From a virus (taxonomy: Duplodnaviria > Caudoviricetes): a stretch of 64,000 bases of DNA. Of this stretch, positions 1-13,326 are shown piece after piece. Each line of letters starts with the position of its first letter. Position 1 is the stretch's first letter. The DNA lies in the IMG/VR virus record IMGVR_UViG_3300035208_002098, positions 1 to 64,000 of that record; one strand, given 5' to 3'. The notes under the pieces were generated by a model that was given only the letters and a program-made list of their open reading frames with translations, did not search any database and had not been told where the DNA came from. A program made the position numbers and the translations under genes.

Positions 1-131
1 GCTTGTTGGAGAGTAATTACTTTCCAAATAAAACCGTCTTTTGTGATTTTCATAATCGTAAGTTTTTTAAGTTTGTATTATTAATTTGACTCTACAAAGA
101 TAATACATTTATTCGAGACTACCAAATTTAT

Positions 132-566
132 TTAGATATATTTTTTAGCTTCTAATGTTAAAGCTTTTAAATTTAATTTTATTTCTGAAATAAAATACCT
201 CAACCCAACAATATTAAACAATATACTTATAATGAACACGGTTTCACCCATAACAGTTAAATCAATTTTAGTAATATATGTGAATGCTAATATAGGAATT
301 AATAATGCACCACAAACCATACTCATTACTATACAGATAATACTATTCCGTATCAGCTTGTTTCTAGAATATAATATTTGAATCTGTTCAACTTTACAAT
401 TGTAATTTTTAACATCGGGTTGTTCCAATTCTTTTACTAATATTCTAGTTCTGTCAATACTTCTACCTAATCTATTAGATAATGTTAACAATACTAATCC
501 TACTCCAGATATTAATGCAATTGGTGTTATACATGATTGCAAAAATTTAATTAATTCTATTTCCAT
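132..566 (-). CDS. DUF2721-like small membrane protein
   Basis: ITPIALISGVGLVLLTLSNRLGR N-terminal motif and three hydrophobic helices, recognised by pattern. Confidence 0.6.
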   Translation of the reverse strand: MEIELIKFLQSCITPIALISGVGLVLLTLSNRLGRSIDRTRILVKELEQPDVKNYNCKVEQIQILYSRNKLIRNSIICIVMSMVCGALLIPILAFTYITKIDLTVMGETVFIISILFNIVGLRYFISEIKLNLKALTLEAKKYI

Positions 567-907
567 TATTTCATTTTTTTCATTACACCTTTATACAATA
601 ACTCTATTTCTGTTGGTGTTAAATTACCTTTAATTGTATTGAACCTTTTCGAGCAACCAACTACATTGGAATCTATATATCCTTTTGTATTATCTACTCT
701 ATCAAAAGTTAATTGATTGTCATCATTATGAATATTATTCAACTCAGCATTTGTGAAATAACATTTCTTTGTTAATAATAATTGTTTCACTTTTTTAAAG
801 GTCATATCGAATGGTATGTTCCTACTTTTAGCCGAGGTTGAAATTTGACACATCTTGTGTGCTACTTCTATATCACTTACCATAATATTATTCTTTTGAA
901 TCTTCAA
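566..907 (-). CDS. HNH-like endonuclease
   Basis: CYFT...TFDRVDNTKGYIDSNVVGC...N matches the phage HNH variant DR.DN..GY...N. Confidence 0.6.
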   Translation of the reverse strand: MKIQKNNIMVSDIEVAHKMCQISTSAKSRNIPFDMTFKKVKQLLLTKKCYFTNAELNNIHNDDNQLTFDRVDNTKGYIDSNVVGCSKRFNTIKGNLTPTEIELLYKGVMKKMK

Positions 908-1944
908 TGATTATTAATAAATCTGATACCATATTACCTATTCCACAACAAGCCTCACCATTCATTGAGTCCTCATCAAAATTCATTTCAAGTTCACGTA
1001 AGGTATTTAATTGTTCAGTTAACATTGGTACATCAATATTACTATACCAATTCATAATTGCTTGAACCAATAAAGCTTCTTTGCGTTGAATAGGTGTTGT
1101 ACCACAACCTTGACTACACATTAACATTTTTACTTTATTTTCTGTGTTGTATACCACTGCATCTATTGGGTGTATGCTGTACTTCAACGGTATTACTTTA
1201 TCAATGGTTTCACTTTGGTTTGATGTATTAGTAATAACATCAACTTCAGATTTATTAACCCATAGGTTTAAATTTTTAACTTCGGGGTGTGCAACATCTA
1301 ATGATAAAATAACTTCGTTAGAATCGTTTACAATAGCATCTAGCACCGTTGCTTTAAGACCATTTACCGAACCATAAATACTATGTTTTATTATTACTTC
1401 CATGATTTTAATTTTTGAATTGTGAATAACTTAATTTGACTTTGTAAAGATAAGTAAAATAATTCACACTACCAAATATAATGTGAATTATTTTAAATTT
1501 ATTTTAGTCTAAAGCTAAATCTACTGCTTTTGTCATACCACCTTCGAATTGAACAAATAATGTTTGTGATTCGGGTTCAACTTCATATTCACATCCAATG
1601 TATACCATTGCTTTGAAATCTTTATTGAAGAAATCTTCGGGTAACAAATCATAATTTGATTCTGTTAATGTTTCTCTATCTTCGGCTACTTCACATTCAA
1701 TGATTGTTCCACCATTAATAAATAAAGAATTGCTTTTAACAATATCTACCATATAACTACGACCATTACATTCTAATGTAACACCACCTAAATCATATTG
1801 GTTAACATCAACTTCACCATCAACTATAATGGTAACGTTTAAAAATTTTACTGTTTTCATAAGCTAAATGTTTTTAATTAATTTGACTCTACAAAGATAC
1901 AACATTAAATTGTAACTACCAAATATTATATGAATTATTCTAAA

Positions 1945-1974
1945 TAAAAAAGGTGGAATCCTACATTCCACCTT
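1945..1974 (-). terminator. Intrinsic terminator directly after a solitary CRISPR-like repeat
   Basis: Stem aaggtggaat/attccacctt with an A-run on its left (U-run on - strand). Confidence 0.75.
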
Positions 1975-2001
1975 ATACCTTAATTTGAACCTATTTACAA
2001 C
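1975..2001 (-). repeat. Solitary CRISPR-repeat variant (27 nt)
   Basis: ATACCTTAATTTGAACCTATTTACAAC versus array repeat ATACCTTATTTTGAAACCCATTTACAAC. Confidence 0.8.
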
Positions 2002-2277
2002 AATCGTCAAATTAATAAAAAAGGACGGACTTTATCGGGTGAGCGAGGTTGTCCGTCCTTATTAATCGTCAAATTAATTAATCACTTAAAAGAGAAGTGT
2101 TTTGCTCACCCTTATTTTGAAGCTCTTTATCTATCGTTCCACCGATGTTGTGATTCTTTGACTTATATATTTTAAAAAACTATCTGTACGTGCCATAAAT
2201 ATTGCTTGCATATTTATCTTCCAGACCGTATTGTGTACGTAAGGGAATTTAACCATTAATACAGTTAGTTTGTTTTT

Positions 2278-2694
2278 TTATTCGTTGGGGTTGCTTGTTA
2301 ATCCACCCGTTGATATATACGTTATAAACCCACCACCTAATGTACCAACCTCAACATTGTTTTTATATATATGTGATTCAGCTAAAGAATATTCTAAATT
2401 ACTACCCATAGCACCTTTAATAGAACAATATACTTGCCAATAAGGTTTTTCAACTCGCCATTCATATGTAAATAATTGTGGTTCTTCGATAATGAAATTT
2501 TGAAGATGACCTAAAGAATCCCCCATATAAACAGTTGTTTTTTCGGTTACAACCAATTCGTATCTGAAAACATCGTACCCAGTTTCGATATCTGTGGTAT
2601 CAATTGTTGCACTTTTAAGAGTTGGTTCGTTTTTTTCACATGAAGTGAATACTGTTAATGCAATTACACTTAGTAATAAAATAATTTTTTTCAT
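2278..2694 (-). CDS. Putative lipoprotein
   Basis: MKK, hydrophobic stretch, then FTSC lipobox. Confidence 0.6.
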   Translation of the reverse strand: MKKIILLLSVIALTVFTSCEKNEPTLKSATIDTTDIETGYDVFRYELVVTEKTTVYMGDSLGHLQNFIIEEPQLFTYEWRVEKPYWQVYCSIKGAMGSNLEYSLAESHIYKNNVEVGTLGGGFITYISTGGLTSNPNE

Positions 2695-5600
2695 AGGATT
2701 TAATTTTTTATATTGTTATTATTTCAATTTGACTTTACAAAGATACAACATTAATTTGACATATGCAAATTATTTACAACATTTTTTCATATTCATATGA
2801 ATATTTTTTTTGTTCAGATATTGGTAACTCAGCAACACACATAAATATTTCTTCTTCATTTAATTTAAAACCGTCATTCAGTAATTCAATTACCGATGTA
2901 TAATGATATACGGTATCATATGCTTCTATTGGTGCTTTATCTTTTGTATTCCAAATAACAAAATCTTCTTTTGATATGTTTTTCAATTCAATATCATTAT
3001 ATTCGATACTGTTACCATCTAAAAACATATCTATTTCTTCTATTATAGTATATGGTGAATCTAACATACATTCAAGTTCACCAATTATTTTACCATTTGA
3101 GAATATTGTAACCTCATTTACTTCACGTTCATCATTTTTTGATGTAACATATTGTATTATTTTTGACGTTTCCATGACTTTAATTTTTTAAAGATGAATA
3201 TTTTAATTTGACTCTACAAAGATAAGTAAAATAATCTACACTACCAAATATAATGTAGATTATTTTTAAATTATTTTACCATACTCTTAACCCACCATAT
3301 GTTAATGGAATACCTCTATCACCAAATTGTATTACTTCACTGTCAACGTGTATCATATCACCACTTACAGTATCTAAATAATATTGGAAACATTCAGCTT
3401 TAGTACCTTGATTAGGATAAAACCCATATATCAAATGATTACCTTGTTCAAACGTTCTAAAGAATACAATACGTAAGGCTGTACGTCCTCTGCCGTATGT
3501 ATGCACATCACCAAGTTCTTTAAATTGTTTAAATGATATACTTTCATTATATTCAGTTAATAAACCAAGTGTACGAAAATCTTTACCTACACGAATAGTA
3601 GCTTCAACAAATAATTGTTCAGCTTTTGCCTTTTCGAAATATTCACCGTATATGATATATCCTTTGTCTTGTTTACAACAACGATAAAAAAGATTTTTTT
3701 TGAATTCGGTATTACCCTCTGTGATATTTTCATTCTCTTTGAGAATTACTATATTGGCTTCTCCAAACATAATTGTAAGATTTAAAATGAATACTTTAAT
3801 TTGACATTACAAAGATAAAACAAAAAAGTGTAACTACCAAATATAATTACACTTTTTTTAAATTATTTCTATATGGTATTATATAGTTATACCTCATCAG
3901 CTTCTAAGAATCCATATTCAAACATGATTTGTCTTTCAATTTTTGTCATACCACGTTCAACAAATGTACTGAATGAACCATTAACTTTTTTTATTTGTTT
4001 TGGATTTAAACCTAAGTATCTACCAATACCACGCATAGCACGTTTTGATGTTCTACCATAATAACAATCTAATTGTAACGAACCAAATTTTGGTACAAAA
4101 ACTTCCCCAACTGATTCGGTATTCCAATACTTTTTAAAATCATCATATGAATTTATTTTATCTTTTGGGAATAAATGTTCTTGGTATACACCGTCACCTT
4201 TTAGGTAATATCCGTACTCTTCCTTTACATTCTTTTCAGAATAGAAACGATATTTTTTACATACACCACATTCTTTTAATAAAGCGTTTTGCGTATCAAT
4301 ATTTCCTTGTGAAATATCTTTTAATTGAATTGTTGTAAATCCACCCATGACTGTAAGTTTTAAATGTTATTATTAATTTGACTCTGTAAAGATACAACAT
4401 TTATTTATAACTACCAAATGTTTTTACAATTATTTTAAATAAAAAATGGTGTACCTACATTACATAGGATACGCCATTACCGTTGTGGAACGAAGAAATA
4501 TTTTAATAAACTCTTGTTATTTTTGTTTGACTTGAATTGTATATACTATCACCTACATTTAAACCGTATAATGGTTCTTTAATAAACATTAGCCAATTAC
4601 TTTGAAGACCATATAATGGAGATGGGTTACCATTTCGAATAAACATTGGCTTACCATTCGTTGGTGCTTTAAACATTGCACGAGCTTTTAATACTGGTTC
4701 AGAATAGTTGGTAGTATCTGTTACCACATCTTTAACTTCTTTCACCACAGCATTTAATTTCATCTCAAGTTTTTCAAGCTGTGATAAGATATGCACCCAA
4801 TATTTATATTCATTCGGGAATATAATAACAGATTGATTCTTTTTATATGCTTTCATCTTTGCTTCATGAAATGCTATACCACCTTTGGCTTGCTCTAAAG
4901 CTCCTTTGATATCTGTAACCTCTATTGGATTACCATTAATATCTGAAATAAATACACCTACCATAACTATAATAATTTAGAATATTTAGATTTCAATTTT
5001 CTCATCATTTTTTGGTAGCGTTCTCTCGTAGCTTTTCCACTTGGTAATGAAACATCTATTTCGCAAATGATTTCATTTGTTGTAGTACATCTCAATCCAC
5101 ATGAAAATGGTGTACTTGCTAATCCTGTATAAAATAAAATGTAATTCATATTATATAATATTAGATTCAATAAAACCTTTTGTTTGTAAACTTGTAATGA
5201 AAATATTAAACTTTTCTTTATTAGTAAATGTTGCTATGTCGAAAAAATCACTACCATCATTATGTTTTGATATACCATTATGGTAGTTAACTAAATATTT
5301 AGCTTTACCAACATTATACATGATATTATATCGTTTGAATGTTATATCCATTCGTACACCACGCCTATTTTTTGACTGAATATAATTGCCGTCCATATCA
5401 GTTAAATAGTGATGTACTATTTTTGGGTATTTAGTCTTATCCAAACAAGAAAAGTCTATTATTGCACACATCATTCCATCACCCTCAGTTGATTCATATC
5501 CATTATAACCATTGATAAATGTTGCTTCACCTTTATATGGTTTACCATTGAATAAAAATTGTTTCGGGAATTGTTCACCATCATCGAAAGTTTTTATGTT

Positions 5601-7829
5601 CATAGTAGTAAGTTTTAAATGTTATTATTAATTTGACCTTACAAAGATACAACAAATATTTGTAACTACCAAATTTATTTATTGTTTTCTTTAATAAATT
5701 CTTCAATCCATTGATAATAAGAACTACCCATTACCTCTTCAAAATCACCATCGTATTCACGATAGTCAATGCATACTAATTCATTACAAGGTGATGCATT
5801 TAACCAATTGATACAATGAGTTATCATTTGTGGTGTTGGTTCCATACCACTAAAATCTTCGATATATGCTTTACCCTCAGCTAAATCTTCAAATAGATTT
5901 TCTAAATCAGTTTCGGGTGTTATTCTATTTTGATATAAAGTAACAAGCATATGTTCACCATTGAAATGTAAACAAGCTATACCACCATCTTCACAAATCA
6001 CTGTAACATCTTTGTCACTTGACTTTGCATTGATAACTAAAAATTTTATTGTTTTCATAATAGTAATTGTTTTAATTTGACTCTGTAAAGATAATACAAT
6101 TATTTGTAACTACCAAATTATTGTACAACTATTTTTCGTAAAAATAATCTACATTGTACATCACGATTAAATTCTTCACTTTTCCATGAATAATCATATT
6201 GTAAACAATCTTTTAATATAATATAGGTTGCCTCATCTGAGATAACAACATTATATCCTTTATTAACTTCAATAATATTCAATATCGTTTTAATAGCATT
6301 CTTTTTACTAGAAAAACACATTCTATCATATGTACGAAATTCATTGCCGTTATATGCCATTTGCATATTCTCTAATAAGTAAATGTATTTTTTTCTCATA
6401 ACAATAAAGTATTAATTAATTGACTTAGCAAAGATACGACAATTTTTTATCAATTCCAAATTTTATACCTAATTTTTTCTCTATTTTTGGTAAATGTTTT
6501 GGTGCATCAAATGAATCATTCCAACCGCCATTTTGTAATGATAATCGTAACGTTTCTTCTGTAATATTATTATGTCGTTTTACTGGGTCAACACCCAAAC
6601 CATTTGGTGTAGAATCTAATAGTTTACCTCTTACTTTTAACATTATATGAGAACAGCTAGTTGGTAATCCTTCATTATGTTTTATGAATTTAGTATTAAT
6701 TTCATAATAATGATATGTACTAGAATATAAATAAACAAAACTAATTCTATGCATATATGGATAACCTTGTTTTTTTAACCATAGATACATAGCTAAGGCA
6801 GAATATCCACATCCACCATAATTAATGTTTTTTATACTATCTAAATATTTTCTTATTTCTTCAAGACCTTTAAGAATATCATTCGCTTTTTTCATTACTG
6901 TAGATATATTAGATTAATAACTTAATTTGACAATACAAAGATAAACAAAATAATCCATACTACCAAATATAATATGGATTATTTTTATAAATTATATATT
7001 ACATAAACATTGTTCAACAACCAAATTCCATGTAGCTGTTGGGTCTTCTTTTTGTATAGTTGGATATAATCTAAGTACGTCTTGTATTTGTTCATCTGTA
7101 ACACCATAACCTACACTACTTGCAACTTGTTCAACGTCCTCAGCAGTTATAGGACATATATCCTCAGCTGGCTTAAGATTATCAGATAATATACAACATA
7201 TCGTATCAAATGAATTTTCAATCTCATCGTATGTTGTATTGAAAAAATCTTGTGCTTCATCACTATACCTAGTACAATCTTGTTCTGTATTATCTATTAT
7301 CGCACTATCACCAAATTTAGCCATAACTATTTTATCAGTTAGTTCTGTGATTAATTCAATCAATCTTGAATTGTCGATATACACTTTTTTCATAAGAGTA
7401 AGTTTTTAAATGAATATTATTAATTTGACTTTACAAAGATAATACATTTAAATCTAATATCCAAATGTTTTTACAATTATTTTTACATTAATTCAAAATA
7501 ATACATACTTGCACACCAACTCATTGCTTCATCTAATGTTACATACTCTATAACAATTTCATTCGTTTTTCTATCAATTACTTTATATTGTTTCATATTA
7601 TATAGTTTTAATTGTTTAACATATTACAAAGATACAATATATATTTTAAAAAGTCAGTAGACGATAATCAACATATCAAAAATAAATAAAAAAATATATT
7701 GAAAATAATACATAAATAATTTGGTAGTTACATTTATTTGTTGTATCTTTGTAGTGTAGTAATAAACAAAACACTACCAACTGCATACACACCATGTGCC
7801 GAAAGTCTAGACTCCACCCTACAATAAAA

Positions 7830-7845
7830 TGTTCCACGTGGAACA
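7830..7845. promoter_or_regulatory. parS-like 16-bp palindrome
   Basis: TGTTCCACGTGGAACA fits the bacterial parS consensus TGTTNCACGTGNAACA. Confidence 0.7.
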
Positions 7846-8610
7846 TAACGAAAAGGTATACATAACTTTTTACAGCTACATATACCAATCGGTTTATATC
7901 ACATGTTACTGTGTATATTCTTATGGGGTTAATTAAAACCCTAATTCTTTTTTAATATATGACACTGCTCTAATATCAAAACTACCAATATGCCAATCAG
8001 TTAATTTTGTTTTTGCAATACCTTTACTACCACAATAATTTTTACCATCTTTATAATTATATATTGTTGCAATAGTACCATCTTTAAATTCGATTTCCCA
8101 TTCAGCATCTGTCTTATACCCATCACCTTTACTTGGTTCACCAAATACTTTTTTAAGTTGTGCAAAACTACATTGAATACTACCTACTAATGACGTACCA
8201 CTAATATTAATTTCTTTTTGATTGTGAGTTGAAAATTCCATGACTTTAATTTTTTAAATGAATACTATTAATTTGACTCTGTAAAGATACAACAAATATT
8301 TTACAATTCCAAATAAAATATGAATTATTTTTAATATTCTAATAGTAAATTCCAAAATTTAGTATAATACTTTATTTGATTACGGTTCTCCATTGGATAT
8401 AACTTTAAATCTTTAATAATATTATATGTAACACTTAATAGTGTTTCAATTGGTAATACATTTAATTCTTTTCGTATGTGTGCATGAACAAACTTATTTG
8501 TTACTAGCATTAATTTCTCCATAATAATAAGGTTTTTAATTTGACATATACAAAGATACACTAAAATAACTACACTACCAAATTATAATGTAGCTATTTT
8601 TAATATATTT

Positions 8611-9282
8611 TTAATGCTCTACAAAACATACATTCTTTTTAGTTACACAATATGTGCAATTTAAACCACATCTAAATTTAATATCACTATCCTTTGTAGC
8701 TGGACATATAAATGTATTATATTGATTATGTAAACTCTGACAATATTCTATATTACCATAGTTTAAATTACCTTGTACATAACTTTCAATTAAATTGAAA
8801 TTATTTAAACACTCAATATAATTAAAATTTAATATACCTTTAACCTTAGTATAAGCATAAAACTTTTTTAATGGAAATAATTTTATTATCTCACACCAAA
8901 ATTCAATATATTCTTGACTAAAGAAGTCACCCGATGAGTGGATACGAATTACATTTTCTTTATTATTACTTAATTGTAATATTATTAATTCTTTTAATAA
9001 TTCTTTATTCGTTAAGAATAATTGTAAATTACAATCTCTAAATATACGTGTATCAGTATATTGTCTCTCAGCTTTTCGAGCATAACAAGTACTTTTACAA
9101 TCTTTACAATTTAAACAAGTTCTTACAGCTGGTAAATCAAATATTAATATATTATATAATTTTGAATTACCTTTTGCTAATCTATTACTTGTTATATAAT
9201 GATTAAAAACTAAAAGATTTCTACCTTTACTTGGTTTTGTGTAATCTACTCTATTGGTTTTAAAATCAATTTTTGATTCCAT
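8611..9282 (-). CDS. Phage Gp88-family protein
   Basis: FDLPA..TC..C..C...CYA and RIHSSGDFFS motifs, Cys-rich C-terminus. Confidence 0.7.
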   Translation of the reverse strand: MESKIDFKTNRVDYTKPSKGRNLLVFNHYITSNRLAKGNSKLYNILIFDLPAVRTCLNCKDCKSTCYARKAERQYTDTRIFRDCNLQLFLTNKELLKELIILQLSNNKENVIRIHSSGDFFSQEYIEFWCEIIKLFPLKKFYAYTKVKGILNFNYIECLNNFNLIESYVQGNLNYGNIEYCQSLHNQYNTFICPATKDSDIKFRCGLNCTYCVTKKNVCFVEH

Positions 9283-9951
9283 AATGATAATATTTTAAAT
9301 GAATAACTTAATTTGACTTTGCAAAGATATAACAATTAAATTTAATATCCAAATAAATAACCAACTTTTTTAATTTATTTTTTCTATACCATATTATATA
9401 GTATATATTATATACCTTTACTTACAGTTTATCACTTTTATATACCCTTATTTGAAAAACTATCACTTTTACCCCGATAGAAAATTCAATTTTACTTACA
9501 TATCGTAACTAAATCAATTATTTTTAATAAATAATGAAAATAATACCTAAATAATTTGGTAGTCTCATTTATTATACCTATCTTTGTATTGTACTTAAGA
9601 GAAACAGTACGGGCTGAGATAAGAAAATATCTTAGGAGAGTAGACTCCACCCTACCTTATACTTTTTAACCCCTAAAATAATTTAAAAATAATTGCTAAT
9701 ATATTTGGAATTGTAAAATATTTGTTGTATCTTTGCAATGGTTTATATTTCATTATCTGTCTTATCCTACGCCATAGGTGAAACAGAACGCTGTGTCCTT
9801 AACTCTCTGAGTAGTGTGGAGAAATCCTCATACCCATGATTGTTCTGGACATTTTTTTTATCCCACAGTGAAAAATTCTACATTCACTGACATGGGAGAA
9901 ATATGTCCATTAATCACTGAGAGTTTTTATTTTTTAAGGTACAATTAATAT

Positions 9952-9967
9952 TGTTCCACGTGGAACA
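9952..9967. promoter_or_regulatory. Second parS-like palindrome
   Basis: TGTTCCACGTGGAACA, identical to 7830-7845. Confidence 0.7.
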
Positions 9968-10076
9968 TAATATCCCGTTTTTTAGGGGTAAATAACACCT
10001 TTTTGTCTAAATTTTACCCAAAAATTTATAGAGAATTTACACGGAACATAACCTACAAACATCATTTTATATATTG

Positions 10077-10459
10077 TACACTTTTGTGTATCTAATATTC
10101 CCACTTTTTACCACTTTTTTTCACAATTTCTTCTAAAGGTCCTATTTTAATAGCGTGTCGGGTTATCTTAATAGCGGAACATAAAAGATGTCAAATAAGG
10201 TACTTTTTAGCTATTCTAAGGGAGTCTTTCTGTGGTGTAAGGAAAGCACACACTTTTGTGTATGTAATGTCTTATATGGGATGTATTAGGGGTCTAAAAA
10301 GAGGGGTACACTTTTGTGTATTAAGGGGGTATTATATGTGTATGAAATAGTCCGGAAAATTTTTTTCTATAGGTGGATATTATGGATATTAGGGGGGTGA
10401 AATGTGTTAAGTACACTTTTGTGTATGTGGGTGTATGAGAGTATATACACTTTTGTGTG
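10077..10459. repeat. Five copies of the mini-palindrome TACACTTTTGTGTA
   Basis: Copies at 10077, 10249, 10307, 10412 and 10446 (two with a terminal mismatch). Confidence 0.85.
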
Positions 10460-10463
10460 TATA

Positions 10464-13326
10464 TTATTTAATTTCATAATTATGTAAAATGATATGGTTT
10501 TCATTAAAATAATAGCATCTCATTTTTTTATTATTTATTGTTTCATAAGAATATTTTAATTTACTAAGGTTTATTTTTTTGAGTGTAAATTCAAAAAACC
10601 CTAAACTTTCTTTATTTTCATTAATGAAGTTAAATCTAATAAGTTGATTGTTATTAATTCTTTTATAATACCCAGTCTTAGTATAAAATGCACTACAATG
10701 AGTTAGGTTTATTTTATCGGTGTTATATGTATAGCAGTCACAAACTTCAATATTATTACGGTTAATAATAAACGATAAAAATTTTATTGAATTATAGTTA
10801 TTAAAGTTCATAAATTAGTCTATATGGAAAAGTATATTAATATCATTATATTGTATTCTAATAGTATCTAGAATTATAATTTTACTATTATCTATAATAT
10901 TCCAGAAAGGTTTAAGATTAAAGAATACAAATTCTGGTTCATCGTATGCTTGATAATTTCCGTATACTACTTTAATAAGATTATTTTTATTGAAGGTAAG
11001 TGAAATAATATCTTCTATTTTAAAGTCAATTAATTGGAAGCAATGGGGTGTGAAGTATAGTTGATGTGAATGGTATGTATTAATGATATTATAATCTTCT
11101 AGGGTTTTAAAAGATATAAGGTTATTAGTAGGAGTATAGTTATTAAAGTTCATTATAAATGTTTAAAATTGAATACTATATTAATATCTTCTAGGTTTAA
11201 ACAAATATATTCTGCTGGATAAGGTTGTAGAACTTTATAGTTAGCAATAATCTTTTCTATAGGATATTTAAGATTAAAGAATATAGTTTCAGTTAAAATT
11301 TGGTCATCGTTATCTTTTAAATAATTTATAAATTCTACACATATAAGATTAGTTTTATTTTTAGATAGTTCAGTTATTTTTGTTAAATTAAAACCTAAAG
11401 TTTTAAAACCATAGTGGCTATAATTACATATAGTAGTATTATATTTTCCTATAACATTATAGTCATCTAATGATTTAAAGGTTAATTTATTTGATATGTA
11501 ATTATTAAAGTTCATTATTTAAAATTGAATAATATATTAATATCTTCTGGGGTTAAGTGAATATTTTTTTCATTTAATGGTTGTTCATTAATGAGGTTTT
11601 TATTAATTATATTATCAATTGAATTATTTAGGTTAAAAAATATACAATTATTCATATCGGTATATTTTTCTGTTATTTTATAATCTTTAGTGAATTTAAT
11701 TTTAATAATATTAGTATTCGAATAATTTAGTCTATATAAGTCGGTTAAATTAAAACTTAGTTTAATAAGATTATCAGGTATATATTTTTTTTGAATGACG
11801 GTGCTATAGGTCATTATTATTTTATAATCTTCTAATGATTTAAATGATAGTTTATGTGTATTATAATCGTTGAAGTTCATATTAGAATGGTATTATAGTA
11901 CGGCCCAATGAGTAACTTTATCCATAGTCATAAACCCTAAGATGTTTTTCATCTTCAACACCGTTTTCAAATCTAACAGCGTAGTAACCTTCGGTTTCAG
12001 GTAATCGTTCAGTAACTGGAATCCATACATAACTAGGGTCATCCATTAGTATTCTAACGTCTGAATTTGTTTCAATAACGTTACCTATATTATCCCAACC
12101 TATGTTATTTGGTTCTACAATTATGACTACTTTATTTTCGTCACATTTTTGTAATATTTGTATTAGTTGTTTAACTGTCATGATGTTTAATTTATAATAT
12201 TAGAATGGTGTTTCGGAAACTATGATTGATGTATTGGATGGGTATACTTGTATTCTATATACAGCTGGTATAAGATTAAGGATATATATATCTTCTTTAT
12301 CTATACGAACATTAATATTTTTAAGATAAGATATACCATTATCTGTTTTTTTAAGATTTTCAATTTCTATACGTAGATGTTTATAGTTAGATTGTGTTAT
12401 TTGGTAGAATGTAGGTTTTACCTTATATGTATTAATGTATTCTAGATATAATAACTTAATCTCATTAAGTATTGGTGTTTCATACTTAAAAGACATTAGG
12501 GTATTAGTAGGTATATAATTATTAAAGTTCATTGAAACAAGTTATTTTATCGACATTATTAAATACAATAGGGATATTCATATATCTATATGGTGTTGCT
12601 TGATATAGTTCTTCTGAGTCCATTTCGTTCATATATTTTATTCTATCTATATCTGGTATGTGTATTATAGTAGGTTTAGTTTTATTAGTTATACAGAACT
12701 TATAAATTGCCAGTTGTAATTCAATAAGGATAGGTTTATTGAATTGTAGATTTTCTGTAGGTTTATAATCATTAAATTTCATTATTGTTTAATCAAATAT
12801 TTCTCCACATCTACTACATACTTTTCTTTCATTACCATTTAGGTTAATAATATTTTTATATTTTCTATGTTTACAATTATGTCTGAGTTCAACATAGTCA
12901 TTGAAATATAATAATTTCAAGATGAATGTTATTATGTTATCTTTTATTTCCATAGTCTATTCTTAGTACGATATCAACATGTTTTATATCTATATTTATT
13001 GGTATATTAAGTTCTTTTTTGTGTTTAAATAATTGATTTAAATTTATATTATCTTTAAGTCTGAATCCAATAGCGTTAGTTAGTTTATTAATACTTTCTG
13101 GTATACATACTTTTCTATATTGAGAATTTATTCTTAAGTTGAAGTCTACAATGATAATATTATTATTTGATTCAGTTAATTCTAATAAGTCGACAATTCT
13201 GAATCTAATTTCATGTATATTATGTGCATTATGTATATCTTCTTTACCACCATATATTCCAATAACATTATAGTTTTCTAATGATTTAAAGGATAGCTTA
13301 TATGTTGACGTATAGTTATTAAACAT
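10464..13326 (-). CDS. Cluster of seven small paralogous ORFs with an MNFNNY-type N-terminus
   Basis: ORFs at 10464, 10815, 11153, 11515, 12200, 12522 and 12937 begin M[N/K]FN[N/D]Y..., followed about 8 aa later by F. Confidence 0.75.

Larger units (their letters stand above)
79..9355 (-). promoter_or_regulatory. Series of about 15 Bacteroidota sigmaA-type early promoters with a conserved downstream GTCAAATTAA motif
   Basis: + strand pattern aatttgac-N5-caaagata/taaagata-~N20-ccaaa near 81, 1432, 1879, 2727, 3205, 3798, 4375, 5630, 6073, 6924, 7422, 8270, 8537 and 9310. On the - strand this reads TTTGG(-33)...TATCTTTG(-7)...GTCAAATT. Confidence 0.85.
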
